Of a DNA stretch of 63,538 bases, positions 42,993-56,486 are shown in pieces. How positions within the stretch are numbered: position 1 is the stretch's first letter; every line of letters begins with the position of its first letter. A program made the position numbers and the translations under genes. The notes beneath the pieces were generated by a model. The model saw only the letters and a program-made list of their open reading frames with translations. It did no database searches and had not been told where the DNA came from. This DNA comes from Squalus acanthias (lineage: Eukaryota): assembly GCA_030390025.1 (NCBI GenBank), contig JASTWF010000639.1, forward strand, positions 62,001 through 125,538, read 5' to 3'.

Positions 42993-45900
42993 CTGGCCCG
43001 GGAGCGGAAACAAAAAGAGGAGAGAGGTCAACAGTGTGTCCTCCATAACCCAACGGCTTCCTGTCCTTGTTCCTAACCCTTGACTAATGGGAGAGTCTTC
43101 CCGAATCCTCATCACATTCCTCAACTACTGAAGAAAAACCTCCCATTCCTACACAGCCCCTCAGGACATCCCAAAGCGCTTCACAGCCAATGAAGTACAT
43201 TTTGAAGTGTGGTCCCTGTTGTAATGTAGGAAACGCGGCAGCCAATTTGTGCACAGCAAGCTCCCACAAACAGCAGTGCGATAATGACCCAGATCATCTG
43301 TTTTCTAGTGATGTTGGTTGAGGGATGAATATTGGCCCCAGGACACCGGGGAGAACTCCCCCTGCTCTTCTTCCAATAGTGGCCGTGGGATCTTTTACGT
43401 CCACCTGAGAGGGCAGATAGGGCCTCGGTTTAATGTCGCATCTGAAAGACGGTGCCTCCGACAGTGCAGCGCTCTCTCAGTACTGCCCCTTCGACAGTGC
43501 GGCACTCCCTCAGTACTGCTCTCCTACAGTGTGGCGCTCCCTCAGTGCTGCCCCTCCGACAGTGCGGCGCTCCCTCAGTACCGCCCCTCCGACAGTGCAG
43601 CGCTCTCTCAGTACTGCCCCTTCGACAGTGCGGCACTCCCTCAGTACTGCTCTCCGACAGTGCGGTGCTCCCTCAGTGCTGCCCCTCCGACAGTGCGGCG
43701 CTCCCTCAGTACCGCCCCTCCGACAGTGTGACACTCCCTCAGTACTGCCCCTCCGACAATGCAGCGCTCCCTCAGTACTGCCCCTCCCACAGTGCGGCGC
43801 TCCCTCAGTACCGCCCCTCCGACAGTGCGGCGCTCCCTCAGTACTGCCCCTCCGACAGTGCGGCGCTCCCTCAGTACTGCCCCTCCGACAGTGCGGCGCT
43901 CCCTCAGTACTGCCCCTCTGACAGTGCGGCTCTCCCTCAGTACTGGCACTGGGAGTCCGGCCTAGATTTTTGTGCTCGAGTCTCTGGGGCGAGATTTGAA
44001 CCCACAATGACCTCGGGGCGAGCGTGCGACCCACTGAGCCTCGGGCAATGTGCCACTTTCTCTATCTGAGCCTCGTTGAGCAGGGTCATTGAGCGCAGGG
44101 CCCCTGAAAGGAGGGGGGGTGGGGTGCGGGCTGGGTTACCTTTTGGGGTTCACCTCGTTCCCCTTGTCATGGGCATGTTTGATCATCTTGTATCGGCCAA
44201 CCTGCACAGCGGGTCGAACGATCATCATCCCGTTGAGATAGATTCTGGAACAGCAGCAACAGCAGACAATTAGTCCCGGAGTCTCAGAACATTCAGATGC
44301 ACAGAATTCCATAGAATGTACAGCCCAGAAACAGGCCATTCAGCCCCACTGCTCCGTGCCGGTGTTTGTGTTCCACACCAGCCTCCTCCCACCCCTCGTC
44401 ATCTCACCCCATCACCATATCCTTCTATTCCTTTCTCCCTCGTGTGTTTATCCAGCTTCCCCTTAAACACATCTCTGCTCTTCGCCTCAACCACTCCCTG
44501 TGGTAGCGAGTTCCCCATTCTCACCACTCTCTGGGGAAAGAAGTTTCTCCTGAATTCCCTATTGGATTTATCAGTGACTCTCTTATATTGATGGCCCCTA
44601 GTTCTGGTCTCTCCCACAAGTGGAAACATCTTCTCTACGTCTACCCTATCGAAACCCTTCATAATTTTAAAGACCTCTATCAGGTCACCCCTCAGCCTTC
44701 TCTTTTCTAGAGAAAAGAGCCCCAGCCTGTTCAGCCTTTCCTGATCGTTGTAACCTCTCAGTTCTGGTATCATCCTTGTAAATCTTTTTGGCACCACCTC
44801 CAGTGCCTCTGTATCCTTTTTGTAATATGGAGACCGGAACTGTGCACAGTGCTCCAAGTGTGGTCGAACCAAGGTATATGGAGACCAGAACTGTGCACAG
44901 TGCTCCAAGTGCGGTCTGACCAAGGTATATGGAGACCAGAACTGTGCACAGTGCTCCAAGTGCGGTCTGACCAAGGTATATGGAGACCAGAACTGTGCAC
45001 AGTGCTCCAAGTGTGGTCTAACCAAGGTATATGGAGACCAGAACCGTGCACAGTGCTCCAAGTGTGGTCTAACCAAGGTATACAGAGACCAGAACTGTGC
45101 ACAGTGCTCCAAGTGTGGTCTAACCAAGGTATATGGAGACCAGAACTGTGCACAGTGCTCCAAGTGCGGTCTGACCAAGGTATATGGAGACCAGAACTCT
45201 GCACAGTGCTCCAAGTGCGGTCTAACCAAGGTATATGGAGACCAGAACTGTGCACAGTGCGCCAAGTGTGGTCTAACCAAGGTATATGGAGACCAGAACT
45301 GTGCACAGTGCGCCAAGTGTGGTCTAACCAAGGTTCTATACAAGTTCAACATAACTTCACCACTTTTCAAATTCTATCCTTTTTTCTTCTCATCCCTCCC
45401 CCACCCCGACAGTCAATGTCAATCTTTTCATTCATCCTGACCCTCCCCACGAGGTACAGTGTATCTTTTAACTGAACGTTAGTGCAGCCTGTATAAGATG
45501 CACACATGGGGTAGAAGTCATGCTTCAGTTAGAGGGGGGTCTGGTCAGACCCCGTCGGGAGTCGCTGTGTTCAGTTCTGGGCCCCGCTCCTCAGGAAGGA
45601 TATCTTGTCCTCGGAGGGGGAGCAGCGCAGATTCCCCAGAGCGATACCCGGGGGCCGAAAGGGTTAAATCACGAGGACAGGTTGGCACAGACTGGGCTTG
45701 TATTCCCTGGAGTTTAGAAGATTAAGAGGTGATCTAATCGAGGTGTTTGAGACGATTGAAGGATTCGATAGGGTAGAGAGAGAGAGAGAAACTATTTCCT
45801 CTGGTGGGGGGAGTCCAGAACAAGGGGACAGAACCTTAAAATTAGAGCCAGGCCGTTCAGGGGTGATGTCAGGAAGCACTTCTTCACACAAAGGGTGGTG

Positions 45901-48900
45901 GAAATCTGGAACTCTCTCCCCCAAAAAGCTGTTGAGGCCGGGGGTCAATTGGAGCTTTCAAGACTGAGATGGATAGATTTTTGTTGGGTAAGGGTATTAA
46001 GGGATATGGAGCTAAATGGAGTTGAAGTACAGATCATCCATGATAATACCATAAGTACATCAGGAAATAGGAGCAGGAGTCGGCCATTCGGCCCCTCGAG
46101 CCTGCTCCGCCATTCAATAAGATCATGGCTGATCTTCGACCTCAACTCCACTTTCCCGCCCGATCCCCATATCCCTCGATTCCCTTAGTGTCCAAAAATC
46201 TATCGATCTCAGCCTTGAATATACTCAACGACTGAGCCTCCACAGCCCTCTGGGGCAGAGAATTCCAAAGATTCACCGCCCTCTGAGTGAAGAAATTCCT
46301 CCTCATCTCAGTCCTCAATGGCCGACCCCTTATCCTGAGACTGTGACCCCTGGTTCTAGACTCTCCAACAAGGGGGGAAACAACCTCTCAGCATCTACCC
46401 TGTCAATCCCTGTAAGAATTTTATATGTTTCAATCAGAGAATATAGGCCTAGTCTACTCAAACTTAGCCTGTCTATATCCCTTTGCAGATTCTTTGCACA
46501 ACTTGCTTTCCCACCCATCTTTGTATCATCCGCAAACTTGGCTACATTACACTCAGCCCCTTCATCCAAGTCATCAATGTAGATTGTAAATAATTGGGGC
46601 CCCAGCACCGATCCCTGTGGCACCCCACTAGTTACCATTTGCCAACCGGAAAATGACCCATTTATCCCGACTCTCTGCTTTCCCAGACCTGTAGCATCAG
46701 CCTGCCCTTGCCTAAATAACAGCGCAACACTCCTTCAAACGCGTGGGAGTGTGGCAGCTTCCTAGATACTCGATAGATGAAGCTTGTCAAGGCAAACAGT
46801 GAGACAACAACTTGCCTCTGCGTGTAAAGTTAAGGCACATGGGATTGGGGGCAAGGTATTGACTTGGATAGAGTACTGGTTGGCGGACAGAAAGCAGAGA
46901 GTAGGAATTAATGGGTCTTTTTCCGAGTGGCAGGCAGTGACTAGTGGGGTACCGCAGGGATCGGTCCTTGGACCCCAGCTATTCACAATATACATTAATG
47001 ATCTAGATAAGGGAACTAAATGTAATATCTCCAAGTTTGCAGAAGACACAAAGCTGGGTGGGCGTGTGTGCTGCGAGGAGGATGCCGAGAAACTCCAGGA
47101 TGATTTGGACAGGTTGGGTGAGTGGGCAGAAGCATGGCAGATGCAATATAACGTGGATAAATGCGAGGTTATCCACTTTGGTGTCAAAAACAGAAAGGCA
47201 GATTATCTGAATGGCAATAGATTGGGAGAAGGGGAAGTGCAACGAGACCTGGGTGTCCTTGTGCACCAGTCGCTGAAGGTAAGCATGCAGGTGCAGCAGG
47301 CGGTGAAGAAGGCAAATGGTATGTTGGCCTTCGTAGCGAAAGGGTTTGAGTATAGGAACAGGGATGTCCTGCTGCAGTTGTACAGGGCCTTGGTGAGACC
47401 ACACCTTGAGTATTGTGTGCAGTTTTGGTCGCCTTATCTGAGGAAGGATGTTCTTGCCATGGAAGGAGTTCAGCGAAGATTCACAAGGCTGATACCTGGG
47501 ATGGCAGGAATGACATATGAGGAGAGATTGGGTCGATTGGGCTTATACTCGCTGGAGTATAGAAGAATGAGAGGGGATCTCATCGAAACATATAAAATTC
47601 TGACAGGTCTGGACAAACTAGATGCAGGAAGAATGTTCCCGATGGTCAGAGAGTCCAGAACCAGGGGTCATAATCTAAGGATAAGGGGTAAGCCATTTAG
47701 GACAGAAATGAGGAAGAATTTCTTCACCCAGAGAGTGGTGAACCTGTGGAATTCTCTACCACAGAAGGTAGTTGAGGCCAAGTCATTAAATATATTCAAG
47801 AATGAGTTAGATATATTTCTTAAAGCTAAAGGTATCAAGGGATATGGGGAGAAGGCAGGTACAGGGTACTGAGTTTGGATGATCAGCCATGATCTCATCG
47901 AATGGCGGAGCAGGCTCGAGGGGCCGAATGGCCTACTCCTGCTCCTATCTTCTATGCTTCTATGTTTCTATGGCACCCAGAACGTCGCGAAACGTCCCAG
48001 GGCCCCCTCGCACCTACCTCGAAGCGATGTCGTCGTCCTCGCCCCCCCAGCCCCAGTAGTTATTCGGGAATCCATTGATCTTCATGTATTGATCGGGGGT
48101 TAGGGCTGAGACGCCTCCAAAGTAGCTCCTGTACGGCAACCTGCAGAGGACACAAGAACAGAAGGACAGAAGATATAGGAGCAGGAGTAGGTCATTCGGC
48201 CCCTCGAGCCTGTTCCGCCATTCAACCAGATCACGGCTGATCTTCCACCTCATCTCCACTTTCCCGCCCGATCCCCATATCCCCTCGAATCCCCACAGAT
48301 TCCTGAAGGTAGCAGGCCAGAAAGAGAAGGTGGTTAAGAAGGCATACGGAATGCTTGCCTTTATTAGCCGTGGCATAGAATACAAGAGCAGGGGGGGATT
48401 ATGCTTCAACTGTATAAAACACTAGTTAGGCCTCAGCTAGAGTACTGCGTGCAGTTCTGGTCACCACATTACAGGAAAGATGTGATTGCACCAGAGAGGG
48501 TACAGAGGAGATTTACAAGGATGTTGCCGGGAGTAGAGAATCTTAGCGATGAGGAAAGACTGGATAGGCTGGGTCTGTTTTCCTTGGAACAGAGGAGGCT
48601 GAGGGGAGACCTTATTGAGGTGTAAAAAATTATGAGGGGCCTAGATAAAGTGGATAGAAAGGACCTATTTCCCTTAGCAGAGGGGTCAAAAACCAGGGGG
48701 CACAGATTAAAGTAATTGGTGGAAGGTTGAGAGGGGATTTGAGGGGAAATATCTTCACCCAGAGGGTTGTGGGGGTCTGGAACTCACTGCCTGAAAGGGT
48801 GGTAGAGGCAGGAACCCTAACCACATTTAAAATGTACTTGGACGTGCACTTGGGATGCTGTAACCTGCAGGGCTACGGACCAAGAGCTGGGAAGTGGGAT

Positions 48901-51900
48901 TAGGCTGGATAGCTCTTTGTTGGCCGGCACGGACACGATGGGCCGAAATGGCCTCCTTCCGTGCTGTAACTTTCTATGATTCTAGGAGTCCAAAAATCTA
49001 TCGATCTCAGCCTTGAATATACTCAAAGACTGAGCCTCCACAGCCCTCTGGGGTAGAGAATTCCAAAGATTCACCACCCTCGGAGTGAAGAAATTCCTCC
49101 TCATCTCAGTCCTCAATGGCCGACCCCTTATCCTGAGACTGTGACCCCTGGTTCGAGACTCTCCAGCCCAGGGGGAAACAACCTCTCAGCATCTACCCTG
49201 TCAATCCCTCTCAGAATTGCACATGTTTCAATGAAATCACCTCTCATTCTTCTAAACTCCAGAGAGTACAGGCCCATTCGACTCAATCTCTCCTCATAGG
49301 ACAATCCCCCATCCCAGGAATCAGGAGTCCACAACTCACCTCAAGCGAGACCAGTTCGGCTAAAAGCAGCATCTTCTGGACCTTCTCCACCCACCCTCCC
49401 TGGGAACCCCCATTCCATCAGTGCCAGGCTCGCACCCCACCGCTCGCCCCAGGCCCCCGAATCCGTCCCTCCCCCTCTTGTCCTGGGGTACGGTTTGCTG
49501 CCAATCTTCCTTGAGCAGGGGGGCTGCAGCGTACCGAGGCCCAGCAATTTAGGGGATTGGTCACACGCGCGTGAGCTGTGACATACTGCATGCGCAATGG
49601 GATGCCCATCTTCACTGGTCCAGTGACAGTGCGGCGCTCCCTCAGTACTGCCCCTCCGACAGTGCGGCGCTCCCTCAGTACTGCCCCTCCGACAGTGCGG
49701 CGCTCCCTCAGTACTGCCCCTCCGACAGTGCGGCGCTCCCTCAGTACCGTCCCTCCGACAGTGCGGCGCTCCCTCAGTACCGCCCCTCCGACAGTGCGGC
49801 GCTCCCTCAGTACCGTCCCTCCGACAGTGCGGCGCTCCCTCAGTACCGTCCCTCCGACAGTGCGGCGCTCCCTCAGTACCGCCCCTCCAATAGTGCGGCG
49901 CTCCCTCAGTACTGCCCCTCCGACAGTGCGGCGCTCCCTCAGTACTGCCCCTCCGACAGTGCGGCGCTCCCTCAGTACCGCCCCTCCAATAGTGCGGCGC
50001 TCCCTCAGTACCGTCCCTCCGACAGTGCGGCGCTCCCTCAGTACTGCCCCTCCAATAGTGCGGCGCTCCCTCAGTACTGCCCCTCCGACAGTGCGGCGCT
50101 CCCTCAGTACTGCCCCTCCGACAGTGAGGCGCTCCCTCAGTACTGCCCCTCCGACAGTGAGGCGCTCCCTCAGTACTGCCCCTCCGACAGTGCGGCACTC
50201 CCTTATTACTGCCCCTCCGACAGTGCAGCACTCCCTCAGTACTGCCCCTCCGACAGTGCAGCACTCCCTCAGTACTGCCCCTCCGACAGTACGGCGCTCC
50301 CTCGGTGCCGCCCCTCCGACACTCCCTCAGTACTGCCCCTCCGACAGTGCGGCGCTCCCTCAGTACTGCCCCTCCGACAGTGCGGCGCTCCCTCAGTACT
50401 GCCCCTCCCACAGTGCAGCACTCCCTCAGTACTGCCCCTCCGACAGTGCAGCGCTCCCTCAGCACTGCCCCTCCGACAGTGCAGCGCTCCCTCAGCGCTG
50501 CCCCTCCGACAGTGCAGCGCTCCCTCAGTACCGTCCCTCCGACAGTGCGGCGCTCCCTCAGTACTGACCCTCCGACAGTGCGGCGCTCCCTCAGTACTGA
50601 CCCTCCGACAGTGCGGCGCTCCCTCAGTACTGACCCTCCGACAGTGCGGCGCTCCCTCAGTACTGACCCTCCGACAAGAGACTACCTAAAACCCACGACC
50701 ATCCCCGGCTCCGAGGGAGCGACGACCTCCGCTTACTTGTAGCTGAACTTGTCCATGGCGATGGAGGCATGTTTGGGGTTCTTCTCACACATGTAGAGGT
50801 TGCGGTCATCCTCAGGGATCAAGTCCACGTCATGGTAGAAGAGGCAGTCCCAGTCCGCCTCCTTCATGGCTTCCTTGAAGCCCACATTCAGCAGCTTGGC
50901 TCGGTTGAAGGTATAGTTCCCGGCCTGCTCCACGAGCGAGAGTGGGAGAGAGAGGGGTGTACAGGGGTTAGTGCGGGCTCAGAGGCCTTGGGGACGGCGG
51001 AGGAAATAGATGCCAGTCCACTTTCGCAACTTTCAGACCCAACAATCGCCCCCACCCGGCTCCCACCCCAAAACTAGGCCCAATTCCCCAACTCAATCCC
51101 AACCTGGAGAGGGATAGAACAACAGGGGGGGGACGGATCCGGGGGGGGGGGGGGGGAGGAGAGACAGACACAGAGAGAGCGAGAGACAGACACAGAGAGA
51201 GCGAGAGACAGNNNNNNNNNNNNNNNNNNNNNNNNNNNNNNNNNNNNNNNNNNNNNNNNNNNNNNNNNNNNNNNNNNNNNNNNNNNNNNNNNNNNNNNNN
51301 NNNNNNNNNNNNNNNNNNNNNNNNNNNNNNNNNNNNNNNNNNNNNNNNNNNNNNNNNNNNNNNNNNNNNNNNNNNNNNNNNNNNNNNNNGTCACCGGGGT
51401 GACGGACCTGGTGGATGATGTAAATCCCATAGTTGAGCTGTTGCCGCTGTAGAAACGGGTGCAGGTGGTACAGGAGGTACTTCAGGTGCTGCTCACGGTT
51501 CCGGTGCGGGATGACAACGGCTGTGCTGTACGTCGACTCGCAGTCCGGCGGTTTATACTGCCCCCCCGGCATCACGTAGGGGTTCTTCCTCGCCACCTCC
51601 TCCATCGTGAGGTCCCTGGGGAAGCTCACGCGAATCGGACCCCCTACGGACAAGGAAATAGCAACTTAGCAACAGGAGGAGGCCCATTCAGCCCTCTCGA
51701 GCCTGTTACACAGGAACAGGAGGAGGCCCATTCAGCCCCTCGAGCCTGTTACACAGGAACAGGAGGAGGCCCATTCAGCCCCTCGAACCTGTTACACAGG
51801 AACAGGAGGAGGTCCATTCAGCCCCTCGAGCCTGTTACACAGGAACAGGAGAAGGCCCATTCAGCCCCTCGAGCCTGTTACACAGGAACAGGAGGAGGCC

Positions 51901-54294
51901 CATTCAGCCCATCGAGCCTGTTACACAGGAACAGGAGGAGGCCCATTCAACCCCCTCGAGCCTGTTACACAGGAACAGGAGGAGGCCCATTCAGCCCCTC
52001 GAGCCTGTTACACAGGAACAGGAGGAGGCCCATTCAGCCCATCGAGCCTGTTACACAGGAACAGGAGGAGGCCCATTCAGCCCCTCGAGCCTGTTACACG
52101 GGAACAGGAGGAGGCCCATTCAGCCCCTCGAGCCTGTTACACGGGAACAGGAGGAGCCCATTCAGCCCCTCGAGCCTGTTACACGGGAACAGGAGGCCCA
52201 TTCAACCCCCTCGAGCCTGTTCCGCCATTCAATGAGATCGTGGCTGATCTGTGACCTCACTCCATCCACCCGCCTTGGCTTCATATCCTTTTAATACCCC
52301 TTGTCTAGCAGAACATCCCTCAATCTCAAGATTTAACGTGATTAACTGAGCCCAAGCATCTGCTGCTTTGTGTGGGAGGGAGTTCCAAACCTCTACCACT
52401 CCTTGCGTGAAGGAAAGTTTCCTAACTTCACTCCTGAATGGCCTGCTTCTGATTTTCAGGTTATGCCTCCTTATTCTCGACTACCCCCAGCAGCGGAACA
52501 AGTTTTTCTCCATCTACCCGATCAATTCCTCTCCAAATCCTAAAAACCTCAAACAGGTCAGCCCTTACCTTTCTAAGTTCCAGGGAATACAAGCCTAGCT
52601 TATGGAATCTCTCCTCCTAATCTAACCCTTGGAGGTGTGGTAACAGACTGAGCTGATAAAGGATTTTCCAAGTCAGCTGTTGCTCAGTGCGTAGGCACTT
52701 CTTGCTTCAGAGTCAGACGGCCGTGGGTTTGAGCCCCACAATCCAGGCCGACACTCCCCAGTGCCAGTACTGATGAAGCGCCGCACTGTCGGAGGGGCGG
52801 TACTGAGGGAGCGCCGCACTGTCGGAGGGGCGGTACTGAGGGAGCGCCGCACTGTCGGAGGGGCAGTACTGAGGGAGCGCCGCACTGTCGGAGGGGCAGT
52901 ACTGAGGCAGCGCCGCACTGTCGGAGGGGCGGTACTGAGGCAGCGCCGCACTGTCAGAGAGGCAGTACTGAGGGAGCGCCGCACTGTCGGAGGGGCGGTA
53001 CTGAGGGAGCGCCGCACTGTCGGAGGGGCGGTACTGAGGGAGCGCCGCACTGTCGGAGGGGCGGTACTGAGGGAGCGCCGCACTGTCGGAGGGGCGGTAC
53101 TGAGGGAGCGCCGCACTGTCGGAGGGGCGGTACTGAGGGAGCGCCGCACTGTCGGAGGGCAGTACTGAGGGAGCGCCGCACTGTCGGAGGGCAGTACTGA
53201 GGGAGCGCCGCACTGTCGGAGGGTCGGTACTGAGGGAGTGCCGCACTGTCGGAGAGGCAGCGCCGCACTGTCGGACGGGCAGTACTGAGGGAGCGCCGCA
53301 CTGTCGGAGGGTCGGTACTGAGGGAGCGCCGCACTGTCGGAGGGGCGGTACTGAGGGAGCGTCGCACTGTCGGAGGTGTCATCCCTAAGATGAGACGTTA
53401 AACCGAGGACCCGTTCGCCCTCCCAAGCGGACGTAAAAGATCCCACGGCACTTATTTCAAAGAAGAGCAGGGGGAGTTCTCACCGGTGTCCTGGGGCCAA
53501 TATTTATTTAGTCATGCTGGTTGAGGGATGAACAGATGATCTGGCCATCATCACAGTGCTGTTTGTGGGAGCTTGCTGTGCGCAAATTGGCTGCCGCGTT
53601 TCCCACATTACAACAGTGACCACACTGCAAAAAAAAAAGTACTTCATTGGCTGTGAAGCGCTTTGGGACATCCTGAGGCCACTTGCTCACACTCTCCATC
53701 AATCTCGCTCTCTCTCTCTATCCATCCACCCATCCCGCTCTCTCTCTCTCTATCTATCTCGCTCTCTTTCTTGCTCCTACTTTTCCCATCCCCTCTCTTC
53801 TACTTTCCCTGTCTTTTCATGGATGGAGTAGTCCGCCATGCATCAACTGCTCTCGGTCGGCCCCCGTGATACGTAGCCAGGTTACCCATGGACCTCAACC
53901 TCTAGCCCGAGTCCTGAAGCGGAACCAAAGGCACCCCCCCCACCACCCCCCGACGTCCTTTCTCCAAGACGACCCGCCACCATTAACGTGCCCTCCACCC
54001 CACCGCCTCCCAACCTTCTCGGTTACCTAGATACGGCGAGTTCTTCGGGCAGTAGGGCAGTTCGTCTTCACCGAGAAGTGGCCGCACAATGTGACTCAGG
54101 TTGTAATACACATCTCCAGCTCGCGAGGCGTTGCGCGGGAAGGCCATGGCCGAGGTCCCTCCTTTCCACAGGATCCCGATGAAGTAGGCCACCCTTTGAC
54201 GCGACCCTTCGCGGTAGAGCAGCACAATCACCATCAGCTGCACGCACAGGAAGAGGACCAGGTAGTGCACTTTGGCGGGGGGCTTTGCCGGCAT
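42842..54294 (-). CDS. B4GALT3: Beta-1,4-galactosyltransferase 3-like (GT7), complement(join(42842..42992,44140..44244,48018..48140,50737..50924,51408..51643,54027..54294)), 356 aa
   Basis: Type II TM N-terminus; motifs [27 protein letters not shown] (DxD), [39 protein letters not shown]. Introns are GT-AG; total 1071 nt. Exact paralogue identity (B4GALT3 versus a B4GALT3-like gene) is unresolved. Confidence 0.93.
43155..44045 (-). mobile_element. Deu-domain-like SINE with 33-bp array
   Basis: tRNA-like head at about 44045-43975, array about 43455-43945, body and tail to about 43155. Confidence 0.78.
44140..44244 (-). CDS. B4GALT3: B4GALT3-like coding exon 5
   Basis: [35 protein letters not shown]; 105 nt. 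Confidence 0.93.
44305..45375 (-). mobile_element. CR1 3' fragment with in-frame 51-bp tandem expansion (10 units, about 44825-45333)
   Basis: ([17 protein letters not shown])x10. Confidence 0.9.
45510..46685. mobile_element. Degenerate CR1 fragments on both strands
   Basis: [12 protein letters not shown] (+); [16 protein letters not shown] (-). Confidence 0.75.
46825..47972 (+). mobile_element. Young CR1 (HER1-like) with open RT C-terminal ORF
   Basis: About 350 aa open frame, [20 protein letters not shown] (catalytic D>E), (TTCTATG)n tail. Confidence 0.92.
48018..48140 (-). CDS. B4GALT3: B4GALT3-like coding exon 4
   Basis: [33 protein letters not shown]; 123 nt. Confidence 0.95.
48150..49325. 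mobile_element. Nested CR1 fragments (plus-strand copy inside a minus-strand copy)
   Basis: Minus-strand 3' UTR at 48150-48295 resumes at about 48986. Confidence 0.78.
49623..50675 (-). repeat. 33-bp SINE-derived minisatellite without a recognisable SINE body
   Basis: About 31 tandem units. Confidence 0.92.
50737..50924 (-). CDS. B4GALT3: B4GALT3-like coding exon 3 (DVD motif)
   Basis: [35 protein letters not shown]. Confidence 0.95.
51212..51389. other. Assembly gap inside a B4GALT intron
   Basis: N run next to GA-rich and poly-G sequence. Confidence 0.99.
51408..51643 (-). CDS. B4GALT3: B4GALT3-like coding exon 2
   Basis: GPIRVSF...[38 protein letters not shown]; 236 nt. Confidence 0.93.
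51670..52635 (-). mobile_element. Old CR1 3' end whose terminal 43-bp segment is tandemly amplified (51670-52220)
   Basis: AGGAGGAGGCCCATTCAGCCCCTCGAGCCTGTTACACAGGAAC x about 12, running into ccgccattcaatgagatc CR1 3' UTR. Confidence 0.82.
52680..53680 (+). mobile_element. Deu-domain-like SINE with 33-bp array
   Basis: Head, array (about 52763-53375), body. Confidence 0.78.
54027..54294 (-). CDS. B4GALT3: B4GALT3-like coding exon 1 (TM and stem)
   Basis: [27 protein letters not shown]...[18 protein letters not shown]; donor CTAG|gtaacc. Confidence 0.85.
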
Positions 54295-55903
54295 CGTACG
54301 GCCGGGATTGTCGGACGGTAGAAAAAATAAAGCTTTTCTTTCCCACGTCGAGAGCTTCGCTATTCCTTCAGCTGGCCATAGCCCCCCCACCCACCCCCCC
54401 CCCCCTTGTCCCTGAAATATCCTCTTGGAGCCGAGTCCTGAGGTTGGACCAGTTGAAAGCACTCTCGAGTCGATCCTCGCCTCCCTGGTGTCCCAACGCC
54501 TGCTTGAAATAACGGTGATTTTTATTACGGCATTGGGGGGGGAAGCAGATTCGCTATGTAGTGTTAGCACATCCTTCAAAAAATCGAACAGAGATGGTCC
54601 TTGGGCACATACTGGGTCAGGCACACGGTGAGGCACTTGTTGGTATTGTGGGACCAGTCGAGCACCAGTTATCCAAAAAGGCACGAGTTCAGTAAGGAAT
54701 CCATTAATCTGAGAAGGCAGAAACACATTGAAGATGACGAACACTCCCCAGCTTGAAATTTTAGCATTTCGATCGACCCTTCCCATTCACTCCCACTGTA
54801 CACAATCCCAATGGTCCCAAACCCCTTCCCATTCACTCCCACTGCACACAATCCCAATGGACCCAAACCCCTTCCCATTCACTCCCACTGTACACAATCC
54901 CAATGGACCCAAACCCCTTCCTATTCATTCCCACAATCCCAATGGACCCAAACCCCTTCCCATTCACTCCCACTGTACACAATCCCAATGGACCCAAACC
55001 CCTTCCCATTCACTCCCACAGTACACAATCCCAATGGTCCCAAACCCCTTCCCATTCACTCCCACAGTACACAATCCCAATGGACCCAAACCCCTTCCTA
55101 TTCATTCCCACAATCCCAATGGACCCAAACCCCTTCCCATTCACTCCCACTGTACACAATCCCAATGGTCCCAAACCCCTTCCCATTCACTCCCACGGTA
55201 CACAATCCCAATGGACCCAAACCCCTTCCTATTCATTCCCACAATCCCAATGGACCCAAACCCCTTCCCATTCACTCCCACTGTACACAATCCCAATGGA
55301 CCCAAACCCCTTCCCATTCACTTCCACTGTACACAATCCCAATGGACCCAAACCCCTTCCCGTTCACTCCCACTGTACACAATCCCAATGGACCCAAACC
55401 CCTCCCATTCACTCCCATTGGACCCAAACCCCATCCCATTCACTCCCATTGTACACAATCCCAATGGACCCATACCCCATCCCATTCACTCCCATTGTAC
55501 ACAACCCCCATCCCATTCACTCCCATTGTAAACAATCTCAATGGACCCAAACCCTTCCCATTCACTCCCACTGTACACAATCCCAATGGACCCAAACCCC
55601 ATCCCATTCACTCCCATTGTTCACAATCCCAATGGACCCAAACCCCATCCCATTCACTCCCATTGTTCACAATCCCAATGGACCCAAACCCCATCCCATT
55701 CACTCCCATTGTAAACAATCCCAATGGACCCAACCCCTTCCCATTCACTCCCATTGTACACAATCCCAATGGACCAAACCCCTTCCCATTCACTCCCACT
55801 GTACATAATCCCAATGGACCAAACCCCTTCCCATTCACTCCCACTGTACACAATCCCAATGGACCCAAACCCCTTCCCTTTCACTCCCATTGTTCACAAT
55901 TCC

Positions 55904-56486
55904 TGAAGTGGGACATCGGCGTCCTTCAGGAATTAAGGGGTTAACAATGCAGCTTGCCCACTGGAAACGGTTGAGACATACCGGCGGAGACAGTTCAGAC
56001 TCGCTGATCACAAGGTCTCAATGCTTTTCTAGATTAGATGAAACTAGCCCAGAAGCACCAACTACAAACTATGGAACCTAGAGATCAGTAAAACCACACG
56101 GGGCACAGCGAGACAGAAATGCAAATATGTGGTTTGACTAAAAATTACAAGCGGTAACAACAGAGTGAGCTCATAAAGACCAGGTGACACGAGCTAGAAT
56201 AGAAATATAGGCGAACGGTTATGTGACACGAGATAGGGAATTAGTCAATCAGCAACTGTGCCCGCGGGCCTTGGGCCAATTAAAACAGTGTAATGGGATC
56301 GTGCACGGGACTGAGCTTGTATGATTAAGTGTATAAATCTGTACTGTATACAAAAATCAGAGAGAGTGAGTGTAAAGACTGAGGTGGGACCTCAGGTGAA
56401 ACTACCCTCCATTGCAAGTTAAAATAAAGACGTCTGATTTGTACCCGACAGACTTGTGTCGAGTGTTGAATAAATACTCCACATCA
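55904..56486 (+). mobile_element. Solo LTR, 583 bp
   Basis: TG...CA ends with short inverted termini TGAAGTGG / CCACATCA, TATA-like GTATAAA, downstream AATAAA, imperfect 4-bp flanks TTCC/ATCC. Confidence 0.75.

Noticed and set aside
46784-47872. Functional or domesticated reverse transcriptase gene
   Set aside because: 5'-truncated CR1 with no endonuclease or N-terminal RT; the catalytic motif reads FAED.
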